Assembly (NCBI GenBank): GCA_044229975.1
Contig: JBGARZ010000002.1
Span: 1 to 64,000, forward strand
Direction: 5' to 3'
DNA length: 64,000 nucleotides
Source: Polyangiales bacterium
Lineage (GTDB): Bacteria; Myxococcota_A; Polyangia; Polyangiales; Ga0077539
The position numbers were made by a program, and so were the translations under genes. This document shows, in pieces, positions 1 to 9,692 of the stretch (within the stretch, counting starts at the first letter, position 1; every line of letters begins with the position of its first letter). The notes beneath the pieces were generated by a model. It was given only the letters and a program-made list of their open reading frames with translations. It was not told the origin of the DNA and did no database searches.

Positions 1-72
1 TCGGTCGTCAAGCCCTCCAGCGTCGATGGTACTGCACAGGTGACTGTGTGGGAGAGTAGAACGCCGCCGGGG
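1..72 (+). rRNA. rrf: 5S rRNA, 3' part (truncated by window start)
   Basis: Matches the 3' half of bacterial 5S rRNA (…TCAAGCCCTCCAGCGTCGATGGTACTG…GGGAGAGTAGAACGCCGCCGG); followed by a terminator hairpin. Confidence 0.9.
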
Positions 73-88
73 TTCCTAATCAGGCAAC

Positions 89-140
89 ACCCCATCGGGT
101 CAATCGCATCAGCGAACGACCCGGTGGGGTTTTGTCATTT
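89..140 (+). terminator. Intrinsic terminator of the rRNA operon
   Basis: ACCCCATCGGGTC pairs with GACCCGGTGGGGT, followed by TTTGTCATTT. Confidence 0.75.
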
Positions 141-156
141 GTGCGTTGGTGGCCGG

Positions 157-185
157 TTGACGTGAGCGCTCAATCACTGGACACT
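157..185 (+). promoter_or_regulatory. Putative sigma70 promoter for tRNA-Lys
   Basis: TTGACG-N17-GACACT, 13 nt upstream of the tRNA. Confidence 0.5.
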
Positions 186-198
186 GCCGCCCGCGAGA

Positions 199-271
199 GG
201 GTCGTTAGCTCAGTCGGTAGAGCAGCGGACTTTTAATCCGTTGGTCCAGGGTTCGATCCCCTGACGACCTA
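199..271 (+). tRNA. tRNA-Lys(UUU)
   Basis: Full cloverleaf: acceptor GGGTCGT/ACGACCT, anticodon loop CTTTTAA, T-loop TTCGATC; no encoded CCA. Confidence 0.97.
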
Positions 272-598
272 CCCCCAACGCAAGGTCTGGCCGGAGTTGT
301 CGCTCACCACTCGCGTCAGCGTCGCGAAGAGCTCGTCGCCCCGCCCCTTGTCGTCCATCCACTTCCCGGTCGCCTCATCGAGGCTGAAGTGCCAGGCGCG
401 GCTGTTGGCAGCCATCCACACCTGCCGGGTCGGTCGTTGGGTGTTGAGCACGCAGCGTGACCGGTCGCGAAAGGTCAGCGTGAGCACGTCACCCGCCGCG
501 ACCGCCTCGACGTCGTCGGGGTCGAGTGGCTCACACGCGTCCTGAATCACCTTGAACACATCGTCGACGAGGCGCAGGTAGGCCGGTTCGGTGATCAT
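269..598 (-). CDS. cyaY: Iron donor protein CyaY (frataxin family)
   Basis: GDVLTLTF…VLNTQRPTRQVWMAA…WHF frataxin motifs; start at ATG 598 (alternative 610). Confidence 0.9.
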   Translation of the reverse strand: MITEPAYLRLVDDVFKVIQDACEPLDPDDVEAVAAGDVLTLTFRDRSRCVLNTQRPTRQVWMAANSRAWHFSLDEATGKWMDDKGRGDELFATLTRVVSDNSGQTLRWG

Positions 599-687
599 CG
601 TGACCAGCATGCTATCGCCCTTCGGGGACCGGTGGAAGGCTGCGTGACCCGTGACCTCGCGACGAGTTGGCACTAGAGTCGCCCCCC

Positions 688-1530
688 ATGACGACTGAGT
701 TCCGACGGTTTCGTGGCACTCCGGGCTACCTCACCAGCGACGCGCTGGAGTCCGCGGTCAACTGCTCGCTCGCCCTCGAAAAGCCGCTGTTGGTGAAGGG
801 CGAACCGGGGACGGGCAAGACGCTCCTCGCCGAGGCCATCTCCGCCGCCTTCGACGCTCCGCTGCTCACGTGGCACGTCAAGAGCACCACCCGCGCGCAA
901 GACGGTCTCTACGTCTACGATACGGTCGCCCGGCTCTACGACTCGCGCTTCGGCGACGGCGACGTGAAGGACATCCGCCGGTACATCAAGTTCGGCCCCA
1001 TGGGAGAGGCGTTTCGCGCCGATCGTCGGGTGGTGCTGCTCATCGATGAGGTGGACAAGGCCGACCTGGAGTTTCCCAACGACCTCCTTCACGAACTCGA
1101 CCGCATGCGCTTCCGCGTGAGCGAGACCAACGATGCCGTCGTCGCGCAGGAGCGACCCATCGTGATCATCACCAGCAACAACGAGAAAGACCTCCCCGAC
1201 GCGTTTCTGCGCCGCTGCGTCTTCCATTTCATCGACTTCCCCGATCAAGAACTCATGCGGCGCATCGTCGCGGTGCACCACCCGGGGCTCGACGCCGCCC
1301 TGCTCGAACAGTGCCTTTCGGTGTTCTTTGAGATTCGCGGGATGCAGCGCATTCGCAAGCGCCCCAGCACCAGCGAACTCGTCGACTGGATCGCCGTGCT
1401 CCAACGGGCCGGCATCACCTCGGTGAAGCTCGATCGCGAGCTGCCCTTCCTCGGCGCGCTCCTGAAGAAGGAGCAAGACCTGGTGGCCTTCGCCGATCAA
1501 CTCTCGGGTGGCCGCAAGTTCAGGTCGTAG
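688..1530 (+). CDS. MoxR-family AAA+ ATPase (CoxD-like)
   Basis: Walker A GEPGTGKT, Walker B VLLIDEVDKAD, TSNNEKDLPDAFLRRC. Confidence 0.92.
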   Translation: MTTEFRRFRGTPGYLTSDALESAVNCSLALEKPLLVKGEPGTGKTLLAEAISAAFDAPLLTWHVKSTTRAQDGLYVYDTVARLYDSRFGDGDVKDIRRYIKFGPMGEAFRADRRVVLLIDEVDKADLEFPNDLLHELDRMRFRVSETNDAVVAQERPIVIITSNNEKDLPDAFLRRCVFHFIDFPDQELMRRIVAVHHPGLDAALLEQCLSVFFEIRGMQRIRKRPSTSELVDWIAVLQRAGITSVKLDRELPFLGALLKKEQDLVAFADQLSGGRKFRS

Positions 1531-1533
1531 GCG

Positions 1534-2700
1534 ATGATCGTTCCCTTCCTGTTCGCACTCCGTCGAAGGAAGCTGCCCGTCGGGACGCAGGAGGCCGTCA
1601 ACCTCGCGAAGGCTCTCTCGATGGGCCTCCACGAGAGTTCGCTGGAAGGTTTCTACGAAGTCGCCCGCGCGCTGCTCGTGCACTCCGAGCAACACCTCGA
1701 TGAGTTTGACGTCGCGTTCGCCGAGCACTTTCGCGGGGTGGTGTTTGACTCGGTCAAGATCACCGAAGAGATTCGCGGTTGGCTCGATGAGGTCAAGAAG
1801 CTGCGCGAACTCACCGATGAAGAGAAGGCGTCCATCGAGTCGCTCGACCTCGACGAACTCCAGAAGCTCTTCGAGCAGCGGCTGAAAGAACAGACCTCAC
1901 GCCACGATGGCGGCAATCGCTGGATCGGCACCGGCGGCACCTCCCCTTTTGGGCGCGGGGGGTATCACCCGACGGGCATGAGCGTGGGAGGGGGAGGGGG
2001 CAAGAGCGCGGTGAAGAGCGCCGACGCCCGACGCTACAAGGGATACCGCACCGACCTCGTCCTCGACCTTCGCCAGATCGAGGTGGCGCTGCGCCGCCTG
2101 CGCGCTTTCACCCGAGAGGGATACGCCGACGAGCTCGACGTCGAAGGTACCATCGACGCCACCGCGAAAAACGCCGGCGAACTGGAAGTGGTCACGCGGC
2201 CGCCGCGGCGACCCGACACCCGCGTCCTCCTCATCATGGATGTGGGCGGCTCCATGGACCCGTACGCCGACGCCGTGTCCCAGGTGTTCTCTGCCGCCAA
2301 GCGCGCCACGCACTGGAAGGAACTGCGGACCTTCTACTTTCACAACTGCGTCTACGGGAGGGTGTACCGCACCGATCACTTCGGAGATCCCCTCGGCGTT
2401 CACGAGCTGCTTCGGCAGACGTCACGACAGTACAAGCTCATCTTCCTCGGCGATGCGCTGATGGCTCCCTACGAACTCCTGGCGACCAGCTCCGATGAAC
2501 CGGGTGGCACGCCCACCGCTGGGCTCCACTGGCTCAACCTCCTGCGCGAACACTTCCCACACTCAGTGTGGCTCAACCCCGAGTCGCCGCGCGGCTGGTC
2601 CGGCAATACCATCGAAGCCGTGCGCTCGGTATTTCCAATGTATCACCTTACGGTCGATGGGCTGACCGAGGCGGTACGGGAGCTCACCCGTCGGCGCTGA
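1534..2700 (+). CDS. vWA-domain protein (CoxE-like), MoxR partner
   Basis: MIDAS-like MDVGGSM, WIGTGGTSPFG and YFHNCVY motifs; 3 nt downstream of the MoxR gene. Confidence 0.88.
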   Translation: MIVPFLFALRRRKLPVGTQEAVNLAKALSMGLHESSLEGFYEVARALLVHSEQHLDEFDVAFAEHFRGVVFDSVKITEEIRGWLDEVKKLRELTDEEKASIESLDLDELQKLFEQRLKEQTSRHDGGNRWIGTGGTSPFGRGGYHPTGMSVGGGGGKSAVKSADARRYKGYRTDLVLDLRQIEVALRRLRAFTREGYADELDVEGTIDATAKNAGELEVVTRPPRRPDTRVLLIMDVGGSMDPYADAVSQVFSAAKRATHWKELRTFYFHNCVYGRVYRTDHFGDPLGVHELLRQTSRQYKLIFLGDALMAPYELLATSSDEPGGTPTAGLHWLNLLREHFPHSVWLNPESPRGWSGNTIEAVRSVFPMYHLTVDGLTEAVRELTRRR

Positions 2701-2785
2701 TCATCGAGGGACAGACTACGTCCCACCATTCGGGCACCGGCCTGAGGTCAGTGATAGAGTGCCTCCACCTCGGAGACACCCTGTC

Positions 2786-3211
2786 ATGTCGTCACCATCC
2801 TCCAGCGCCCACCGTGTCGCATCAGCACAGACGTCCCTGGAAGAGACCCTTCGCGCGTCGCTTCCGGCCAACGATGCGCCGTCCGCCGTACTCGACCGAC
2901 CGCGGCTCCGTCGCGCCGTTCGAGCCATCCACGAGCAGCGCGTGTGCCTCATCCGCTATGCGTCGGAGCCCGGCGGTGCCGTCTGCGAGCGCTCCATCGA
3001 GCCGCTGGCGATCACGTCCGCCCGGGGCGCCCTCGCCGTCCTCGCCTGGTGTCGCCTGCGCGGCGACCTCCGCACGTTTCGCCTCGATCGCATCCGAACC
3101 ATCGTCATCACGACGGAACACTTCGACGATCATCCCGCCCTCGCGCTCGAACGCTTCATTCAAGGGCGTCGCCGCGATCTGCGGAAACATCCGTCCCTCC
3201 CCTTGCGGTGA
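2786..3211 (+). CDS. Stand-alone WYL-domain protein
   Basis: AIHEQRVCLIRY…ERSIEPLAI…VLAWCRLRGDLRTFRLDRI; no N-terminal HTH. Confidence 0.85.
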   Translation: MSSPSSSAHRVASAQTSLEETLRASLPANDAPSAVLDRPRLRRAVRAIHEQRVCLIRYASEPGGAVCERSIEPLAITSARGALAVLAWCRLRGDLRTFRLDRIRTIVITTEHFDDHPALALERFIQGRRRDLRKHPSLPLR

Positions 3212-3243
3212 GGCCGCGTCCGGCTGCATGACTCGGGCGCTCG

Positions 3244-3975
3244 ATGACCGCCCCCCGACCGCACATCCTCGCAACCGCGGTCGTCCTCCTCTACGCCGGG
3301 GCAAGCTCCGCGCAACCACGCACGACCGAGCCACCGTTTCCGATGCCGAGGTCGGCACCACCTGTTGCGCCCCTGCTGGCGCGCACCACCGCTCCGCACA
3401 ACTGGCGTGGCAGCACGCTCGTCGGGCTCTCGTCCGGGCTCGGGTCGCCGTATGGGCTCCTCGGCGCGTTCGTCGGGTTCTTCCCACATCAACACGTGCA
3501 GCTCGAAGTCGGGGGAGGGTACTCGACCGGCTTCGGTCCGAGCGTCGCGGCCCTCGGGCGCTTTGGCATCAATCCTGGCAACAGCTCGTTTCTCGCGCTC
3601 GGCGTCGGCGTGTCGACCAGCTTTGCCGACTATCGCTATCCCGACAACTGTGAGTATCCCGACAACGGCGCCACCGCCGCGCGCTGCACCCCACCGGGTG
3701 CTCCGCGGTACGTCGAGGGGTCGGCCAGCGCCCTCTGGCTCAACGTCGAGATCTCGGAAGACGTTCGCCTCGGTGGTCGCGTCGGAGGACGGCTCGCTGC
3801 GGGCGCAGGGTTTCTGTTGAACCCGGGGGCATTTCCAGGCGCCGCGGGGTGCGCCTCTGATGGGCTCGGACAGTCTCCTTGCGACGTAGGCGCAGCACGC
3901 TCCCGCGACGAGCCATCGTGGCTCCTGCACGTCCGCATCGACCTCTATTACATCATCGTCCGCGGGGACCCTTGA
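3244..3975 (+). CDS. Secreted / outer-membrane beta-barrel-like protein
   Basis: Signal peptide (…ASSA|Q), Gly/aromatic alternating strands, paired Cys in loops. Confidence 0.6.
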   Translation: MTAPRPHILATAVVLLYAGASSAQPRTTEPPFPMPRSAPPVAPLLARTTAPHNWRGSTLVGLSSGLGSPYGLLGAFVGFFPHQHVQLEVGGGYSTGFGPSVAALGRFGINPGNSSFLALGVGVSTSFADYRYPDNCEYPDNGATAARCTPPGAPRYVEGSASALWLNVEISEDVRLGGRVGGRLAAGAGFLLNPGAFPGAAGCASDGLGQSPCDVGAARSRDEPSWLLHVRIDLYYIIVRGDP

Positions 3976-3981
3976 TGGCCG

Positions 3982-5430
3982 CTATCGGGGGGCTCGGGTC
4001 GCGCGCACCAGTGCCGTCACTACCCGGTCGGCGACCTGACGTGTCTCGGGACCATGGCCGCGCACCCCGTTGGCGAGGATCGAAAACACCAGCGTGCGCC
4101 CTGGGTCCGTGGCGAGCACATAGCCCGATAGCGCGATGACGTCGTCCAGCGTTCCGGTCTTGGCGCGCACCACCCGCTCGGCCCCGGGGATGCGAAGTCG
4201 GTTGTGGAGCGTTCCGTCGTCGCCGCCCACCGCGAGCTGGGCGATGAACTCCTCGCGGAGGCTCGGCCGCCGCCACGCCGCGCGGAGCACCTGCGCGAAC
4301 TGGCGCGCGCTCACCCGGTTGGCGTCGTAGAGCCCGGAGCCGTTGCGCAACACCATGCCCCGCGTGTCCACACCGACGCTCCGCGACCACTCCACCACGC
4401 GCTCCGTCCCTCGCTCAAACGTGACCGCGCCAGGTGATGCCTGCGCCGCGATCGAGAGCAGCGTCATCTCGGCGTAGAAATTATTGGAATCCTTGCCGAC
4501 CTCATAGAGCAGTGAAGAAAGGGCCTGGGAGGTATGGGTCGCCAGAGCCAATGAGGGGGCCGCGCTCCCCACGCGAACGCCACCGGCGACGTGGACGCCG
4601 AGGCGTTCGAGCGCAGCGCGCATCGCGTATCCGGCGGCGAGCGAAGGGTTGGAGAGGCGGCGTCGATAGGCCGTGATGGGCGTTGCGGCGGGCACCGTGC
4701 CGCTCACCCTCACCCTTTCCCGCCCGTCAGGGAGCGCGGTGGCATCGATGGTCAGCGTCGGCGTGTCGGTCGCCACGGTGGTCACACCGTTGTCGAGGTC
4801 GACGTAACCCGACGGATCAACCGCCACGATCGCCGCGCTGCCGGGGGTGGCCCCGGCGCGAACCCGCACCGTCAGCACGTTTTCGTCGACGGAGACGGCA
4901 CCCACGGCCGCGCGAAAGGGGGCGGTCTCGTTGGGCTGCTGCTCGAAGGCCGGCGGCAGGTGCTGCGACCCGAGCGCCGTGTCGTCGACGACCAGGTCGC
5001 CCTCCACCCGGCGCACCCCCATCGCCGACAGCTCGTGGGCGAGCGCGTAGAGATCGCCGGTGGTGAGCGACGGGTCGCCCTGACCGCGCAGCACGAGGGC
5101 ACCAGTGACGGCATCACCCGCGACGGTCCCGTGCAGCGAAGTGGTGAAGCGATGGGAGGCGCCGAGCACCGCGAGCGCGGTCGCGGCGGTGAGCAGTTTG
5201 GTGTCGCTCGCCGGGTTGAGCGCGGCGTCTGCCTCGCGCGCGAAGAGCACCCGACCCGAAGCGGCCTCCATCACCACCACCGCGAAGGTCGCGCCCGCCG
5301 GGAGCTGTCCCTCGACGAGGGGCGTCAGCGCGGTTGCGAGCGGGGCCGCCGCCGCGGGAGACTGCGCGCCCACATGACCGGTCACCGCGAGCGCGGCGCA
5401 CACGAGCGCGGCGCCAATCTTCGTACGCAT
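3982..5430 (-). CDS. dacB: D-alanyl-D-alanine carboxypeptidase/endopeptidase (PBP4, peptidase S13)
   Basis: PASDTK (SxxK), SNN, NGSGL and KTG motifs; signal peptide. Confidence 0.93.
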   Translation of the reverse strand: MRTKIGAALVCAALAVTGHVGAQSPAAAAPLATALTPLVEGQLPAGATFAVVVMEAASGRVLFAREADAALNPASDTKLLTAATALAVLGASHRFTTSLHGTVAGDAVTGALVLRGQGDPSLTTGDLYALAHELSAMGVRRVEGDLVVDDTALGSQHLPPAFEQQPNETAPFRAAVGAVSVDENVLTVRVRAGATPGSAAIVAVDPSGYVDLDNGVTTVATDTPTLTIDATALPDGRERVRVSGTVPAATPITAYRRRLSNPSLAAGYAMRAALERLGVHVAGGVRVGSAAPSLALATHTSQALSSLLYEVGKDSNNFYAEMTLLSIAAQASPGAVTFERGTERVVEWSRSVGVDTRGMVLRNGSGLYDANRVSARQFAQVLRAAWRRPSLREEFIAQLAVGGDDGTLHNRLRIPGAERVVRAKTGTLDDVIALSGYVLATDPGRTLVFSILANGVRGHGPETRQVADRVVTALVRATRAPR

Positions 5431-6984
5431 CGATCAACCTCGCGTCGGCTCTATCACGTCCTCCTGCCGCTCTCCCTCGCCGCGTGTCGCGGGCCCGCTC
5501 GCGCTCCCGATCACCTCACGCTGCTCACGCTCGCGCGCCCTGAACACGTCGACCCCCGCCACCCGGAGGACGCCCTCGGCGCCTCCATCGGACGACTCCT
5601 CTATCGCGGGCTCATGGAGAGCGACCCGCTCACGTTCTTGCCGCGGCCCGCGCTCGCGGCCGAGACCCGTTGGGTCGATGCGACCCGCTACCGGGTGCGG
5701 CTGCGCGCTGATGCGGTGTTCCATGACGGGCGCCCCGTCACCGCCGCCGACGTCGTAGCCACGTACGAGAGCGTCCTCGATCCGGCGCAGCGCAGCCGAC
5801 TCCGCACCGCGTACGCGCGGCTGCTTCGTGCGGTGCGTGTCGTCGACGAGCGCACCGTCGACTTTGAGCTGCACCGACCCGACGGCTCGCTGGAGGCGAT
5901 GCTCCAGCTCGGCATCCTGCCGCGCGCCGACGCTGCCGCGGTCGAGCGTCGGCCCGAGGAGATCGCCCTTCGCGCGCTCGCTGGCAGCGGCCCGCTGCGG
6001 CTCACGCGCTACGCGCCGGACTCACTCACGTTGACGGCGACGGACCCGGCGGTGGCGTTTCGCGCGCTCGACGTGGTGACGCTCCACGACCCCAACACAC
6101 TCGCGCTGCGACTGCTCCATGGCGAGGGAGACGTCGCCGAGCTCAAGCCGGAGCTCTACCCGATCTTCGACGGTCGGCCGGGCTTCGAGGTGGCCTCCGC
6201 ACGCACCTCCGGCATGACCTACCTCGGGATGCACTGCGAGCACGGTGCGCTCGCCAACGTCGCCGTCCGTCGTGCGCTCGCGCTCGCGCTCGATCGCCCA
6301 TCGCTGCAACGTGCGATGCTCGGTGGACGAGCGGTCACCTCGACGGGGGTACTGCCGCCATCGCACTGGGCGTACACGAGCGAGGTCGCTCGCCACGAGT
6401 TCGACCCAGCCGCGGCGCGACGGGCGCTCGTCGCGGCGAGGGGAGAGCGAGCCGCTCCGCTCCGACTCACGCTGCGGGTGTCGTCGCAGCGCTTCGCCGT
6501 CACCGCGGCGCAGGCCATCACCGCGATGCTCCACGACGTGGGCGTCGAGGTCGACGTGCGACCGTCGGAGCTCGCGACGCTGCTGTCCGATCTGCGCGCC
6601 GGTCGCTTCGACCTCTCCATTCTTACGGTGCCCGACCTGAGCGATCCGTTCGGGTTGGGGTTCTGGTTCGGGTCCGCTTCGATTCCGACGCCGAGCAATC
6701 CGACGGCGGGTGGCAACCGTTGGCGCTTCCGCGACGCCGCCCTCGACGCCGCGCTCGACGCGGGCCTCCGTGCGCTCGGCCCCGACGCGCGCAGGCCGCA
6801 CTACCAACGCGCGCAGCAGGTGCTCGCCGATCAGCTCCCGGTGATCCCGCTCTGGCACGCGGACGTGGTGTTTGCCGTACGCGAGCCGTATCGGGGACTG
6901 CGGCCGCGCGGGGATGGGCAGCTCGACTTCCTGCTGCGCCTGACCCGCGCGAGTTTTACCGATGCAGGTACTGCCAGCCGATGA
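5374..6984 (+). CDS. ABC transporter substrate-binding lipoprotein, family 5 (start uncertain)
   Basis: LAAC lipobox, FHDGRPVTAADV, VRRALALALDR; only in-frame ATG nearby overlaps the dacB start. Confidence 0.82.
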   Translation: MTGHRERGAHERGANLRTHRSTSRRLYHVLLPLSLAACRGPARAPDHLTLLTLARPEHVDPRHPEDALGASIGRLLYRGLMESDPLTFLPRPALAAETRWVDATRYRVRLRADAVFHDGRPVTAADVVATYESVLDPAQRSRLRTAYARLLRAVRVVDERTVDFELHRPDGSLEAMLQLGILPRADAAAVERRPEEIALRALAGSGPLRLTRYAPDSLTLTATDPAVAFRALDVVTLHDPNTLALRLLHGEGDVAELKPELYPIFDGRPGFEVASARTSGMTYLGMHCEHGALANVAVRRALALALDRPSLQRAMLGGRAVTSTGVLPPSHWAYTSEVARHEFDPAAARRALVAARGERAAPLRLTLRVSSQRFAVTAAQAITAMLHDVGVEVDVRPSELATLLSDLRAGRFDLSILTVPDLSDPFGLGFWFGSASIPTPSNPTAGGNRWRFRDAALDAALDAGLRALGPDARRPHYQRAQQVLADQLPVIPLWHADVVFAVREPYRGLRPRGDGQLDFLLRLTRASFTDAGTASR

Positions 6985-8173
6985 ACAGCGCGGCGCCGAG
7001 GGAGGTGCCACCGATGAGCACGGCCGCAACGACCAGCGCCGTACGCGGACCGCCACCGCCACCACCGTTGGTGCGAGGAGGCGTGGCGGGTCGTGGTGCC
7101 ATCGCGGCGCTCGAAGGAGCACCCGCGACGGCCGGACCGCCGGGCTGATCGAGGACGATCATCACGGTGCGCGCGCGCTTGTCCGCGAACTCCGCCCCGC
7201 GCACGACGGGACCGCTGGGCATCGGCGCGGGCGGCGGCGCCATGCGCGAGGCGATCACCCGCTCGGCGAGCGGGTACTGCCGCAGGGCAGCTGAGCCCAT
7301 CGGCTGTTGCAGGGCGTCGTGGAGCGCGGCGCCGAACACGTTCATCGACACGAAGCGGTGCTCGGCGCTCTTGGCCATCGCGCAGAGGATCACGGCCTCC
7401 ATCGCGGGGCTGATGCTCGGGACGATCTTGGACGGTGACCGAACGGCCTCCTGGAGGATGGCGTCGATGGTCGACTGTTCGCTCTCGCGCAGAAACGGCG
7501 ACGACCCGGTGAGGAGCTCGTAGAGCAACACACCGAGCGAGTAGATGTCCGCGCGCGGATCGACGGTGCCTGTGCCGGCGGCCTGCTCGGGGGCCATGTA
7601 CGCGGGGGTGCCGACGAGGAGCGAGCCGTTGTTCCAGGCGAGGCTGTCGTTGGGGTCGGAGAGGAGGCCCGCGATTCCGTAGTCCATGAGCACGGGGTAC
7701 GTCGGGGCGCCGAGGTTGCGCGCGAGGTACACATTGTCGGGCTTGAGGTCGCGGTGGACCACCCCGGCCCGATGGGTCGCCTCGAGCGCGGAGATGATGG
7801 GCGTGAGCAGCTGCACCGCTTCGAGGTCGGTGAAGCGCCCCTTCCGGTAGAGGAGGTCGACGAGCGTCTCCCCCTCCAGGTAGGTCAGCACCATGAACGG
7901 CGCGCCGTCGTCGGCGTACCCCGTGTCGAGGAGCTGCACCACGTGCGGGTGCGAACACATCGCCACGGCCTGCGCCTCGCGCAAGAACCGCTCGACGATG
8001 CCGCGGTCACGCACGAAGCGGGCGCGCAGCATCTTGATGGCGACGCGGTGCCCGCTGTGGAGGTGGAGGGCGGCGTAGACCAGCCCCATGCCCCCCTCGC
8101 CGATCTGGCGCTCGACCTGGTACGCGCCAGCGAGGACCGTACCGATCCTGATTGGCTCTGGGGGCGCGGACAT
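6956..8173 (-). CDS. Hanks-type Ser/Thr protein kinase with C-terminal TM helix
   Basis: GEGGMG, VAIK, HRDLKPDN, DYG, GTPAYMAPE. Confidence 0.95.
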   Translation of the reverse strand: MSAPPEPIRIGTVLAGAYQVERQIGEGGMGLVYAALHLHSGHRVAIKMLRARFVRDRGIVERFLREAQAVAMCSHPHVVQLLDTGYADDGAPFMVLTYLEGETLVDLLYRKGRFTDLEAVQLLTPIISALEATHRAGVVHRDLKPDNVYLARNLGAPTYPVLMDYGIAGLLSDPNDSLAWNNGSLLVGTPAYMAPEQAAGTGTVDPRADIYSLGVLLYELLTGSSPFLRESEQSTIDAILQEAVRSPSKIVPSISPAMEAVILCAMAKSAEHRFVSMNVFGAALHDALQQPMGSAALRQYPLAERVIASRMAPPPAPMPSGPVVRGAEFADKRARTVMIVLDQPGGPAVAGAPSSAAMAPRPATPPRTNGGGGGGPRTALVVAAVLIGGTSLGAALFIGWQYLHR

Positions 8174-8244
8174 CGCGGGGCAGTCTCTCAATCCGGCGCG
8201 TCGCGGGCAAGGGTTCTCGCGACGGGCGTAGAGTTGGGGCCCTC

Positions 8245-9621
8245 GTGCGCGCGATCCGACTCTCTCGAATCTTCCTGGTTGCGGTGCTCTTCGGTGCGTC
8301 CGCGTGTCGTCCGCGTGCGCCCCGGCGCGCCGTCCCCGATCGGTCGACCGTGGTCGACGCCGGGCGTGACAGCTTCATCCGTCACGCCGCGCACCCCGCC
8401 CTCGGATGTCCCGCGGTGACGGGCGACCGGACCGCCGGCGGGAGTCTCCACGGCGACACCGTCTCGGGCGTCGAGCGCTGGCTCGCAGCGGACAGCCCGC
8501 ACCGCGTCACCTACGGGCTGCATGTTCACCCAGGCGCCAGATTGACCATCGAGCCGTGTGCCCTGGTGCTCGTGGGAGCGGGCACCGAGGTCGTCGTGCA
8601 CGGCGGCGCGACGTTGCGCGTGGAGGGACAAGCGGGTCGCCCCGTGCACTTCGCGCGTCTCGACGTCACCAACGCGTGGCAGGGGCTCGAGCTGCGCCCC
8701 GACGTGCTCGCGGACACATCGCTCCACGAGCTGACGCTCGATGGCGCCGGGGCTATGCCGCCAGACCGTGGCGTGACGGCGGCCTCGCTACGTCTCGCGA
8801 TGAGCGCGGGGCTGGACGCCCGCGGCCTCGCGATCACCCGCAGTGTCGGATGGGGCGTCGCGGTGATGGGAGATGGACGCTTCGCCGACCCCGACGCGGT
8901 CGTGACGGTGACGGGGTCGCACGGCGAGGGGGTCGCGACGGTCGAGGATGTTCGACGCGTCGCCGACCTCCCGCGCTTCGAGGTTCGCGACAACGCGAGC
9001 GATGACGTGCGCGTCGAGGGGAGGGCGCGGACGCTGAGCGAGAGCGGACGCTGGCGGGCGCTCGGTGGAGCGGGGCGCTACCGCGTCCGGCCTCACATCC
9101 ACGTCGTGGTGGAGGGGCCGAGCGATCCGACGCTCACGCTGGACGGGGGCGCGCGGTTGGCCTTCGGCGAAGGGGCCGAGCTCGACGTCGGCTTCGGGGC
9201 GCCCGGCGCGCTCGTCGCGGTGGGGGACGCCATACACCCGGTTGTATTCGAGGGCAGCGAGGCGGCGCGCTGGGTGGGGTTGCACTTCGGCCCGAACCTC
9301 TCGCTCGCTCGCACTCGCGTGGCGTTCGCGCGCGTCGAGCACGCCGGAGAACCCTCGGGTTCGCTGCTGCCGACCTGCGGGGCAGACGACGCACGAACCG
9401 ACGAAGCCATGATCACCTTTCAGGGGGTCGATGGCGTCCGGGCGCTCCGCTCTGTGAGCTTCGTCGACGGACCACCCACGGGCTTCGCCATCGTCGTTGC
9501 GGGGGATTTCGCTGGACCAGCAGCTCCCTATGACCTTGTTGCGGGCGCGTTGGACTTTACGCGGTCGCGTGTTCGACACCCGTTGAGCCGGGCCCTGCGC
9601 GCCGGTCGATGTGCGCCATAG
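8245..9621 (+). CDS. Hypothetical lipoprotein, probable beta-helix
   Basis: Lipobox-like ASAC; two repeats of LTIEP/LTLDG…G…PV.F…W.G typical of myxobacterial beta-solenoid lipoproteins. Confidence 0.65.
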   Translation: MRAIRLSRIFLVAVLFGASACRPRAPRRAVPDRSTVVDAGRDSFIRHAAHPALGCPAVTGDRTAGGSLHGDTVSGVERWLAADSPHRVTYGLHVHPGARLTIEPCALVLVGAGTEVVVHGGATLRVEGQAGRPVHFARLDVTNAWQGLELRPDVLADTSLHELTLDGAGAMPPDRGVTAASLRLAMSAGLDARGLAITRSVGWGVAVMGDGRFADPDAVVTVTGSHGEGVATVEDVRRVADLPRFEVRDNASDDVRVEGRARTLSESGRWRALGGAGRYRVRPHIHVVVEGPSDPTLTLDGGARLAFGEGAELDVGFGAPGALVAVGDAIHPVVFEGSEAARWVGLHFGPNLSLARTRVAFARVEHAGEPSGSLLPTCGADDARTDEAMITFQGVDGVRALRSVSFVDGPPTGFAIVVAGDFAGPAAPYDLVAGALDFTRSRVRHPLSRALRAGRCAP

Positions 9622-9692
9622 GGCGCGTATGAGCGCAGGAATCCTTTGAATTCAGGCAAATCAAGCACGGGACGCACAATCTCGCGCGGGGG

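Noticed and set aside
668..682. TGGCAC-N5-TCGC sigma54-like site
   Set aside because: The implied TSS would fall inside the MoxR coding region; a -10 hexamer fits better.
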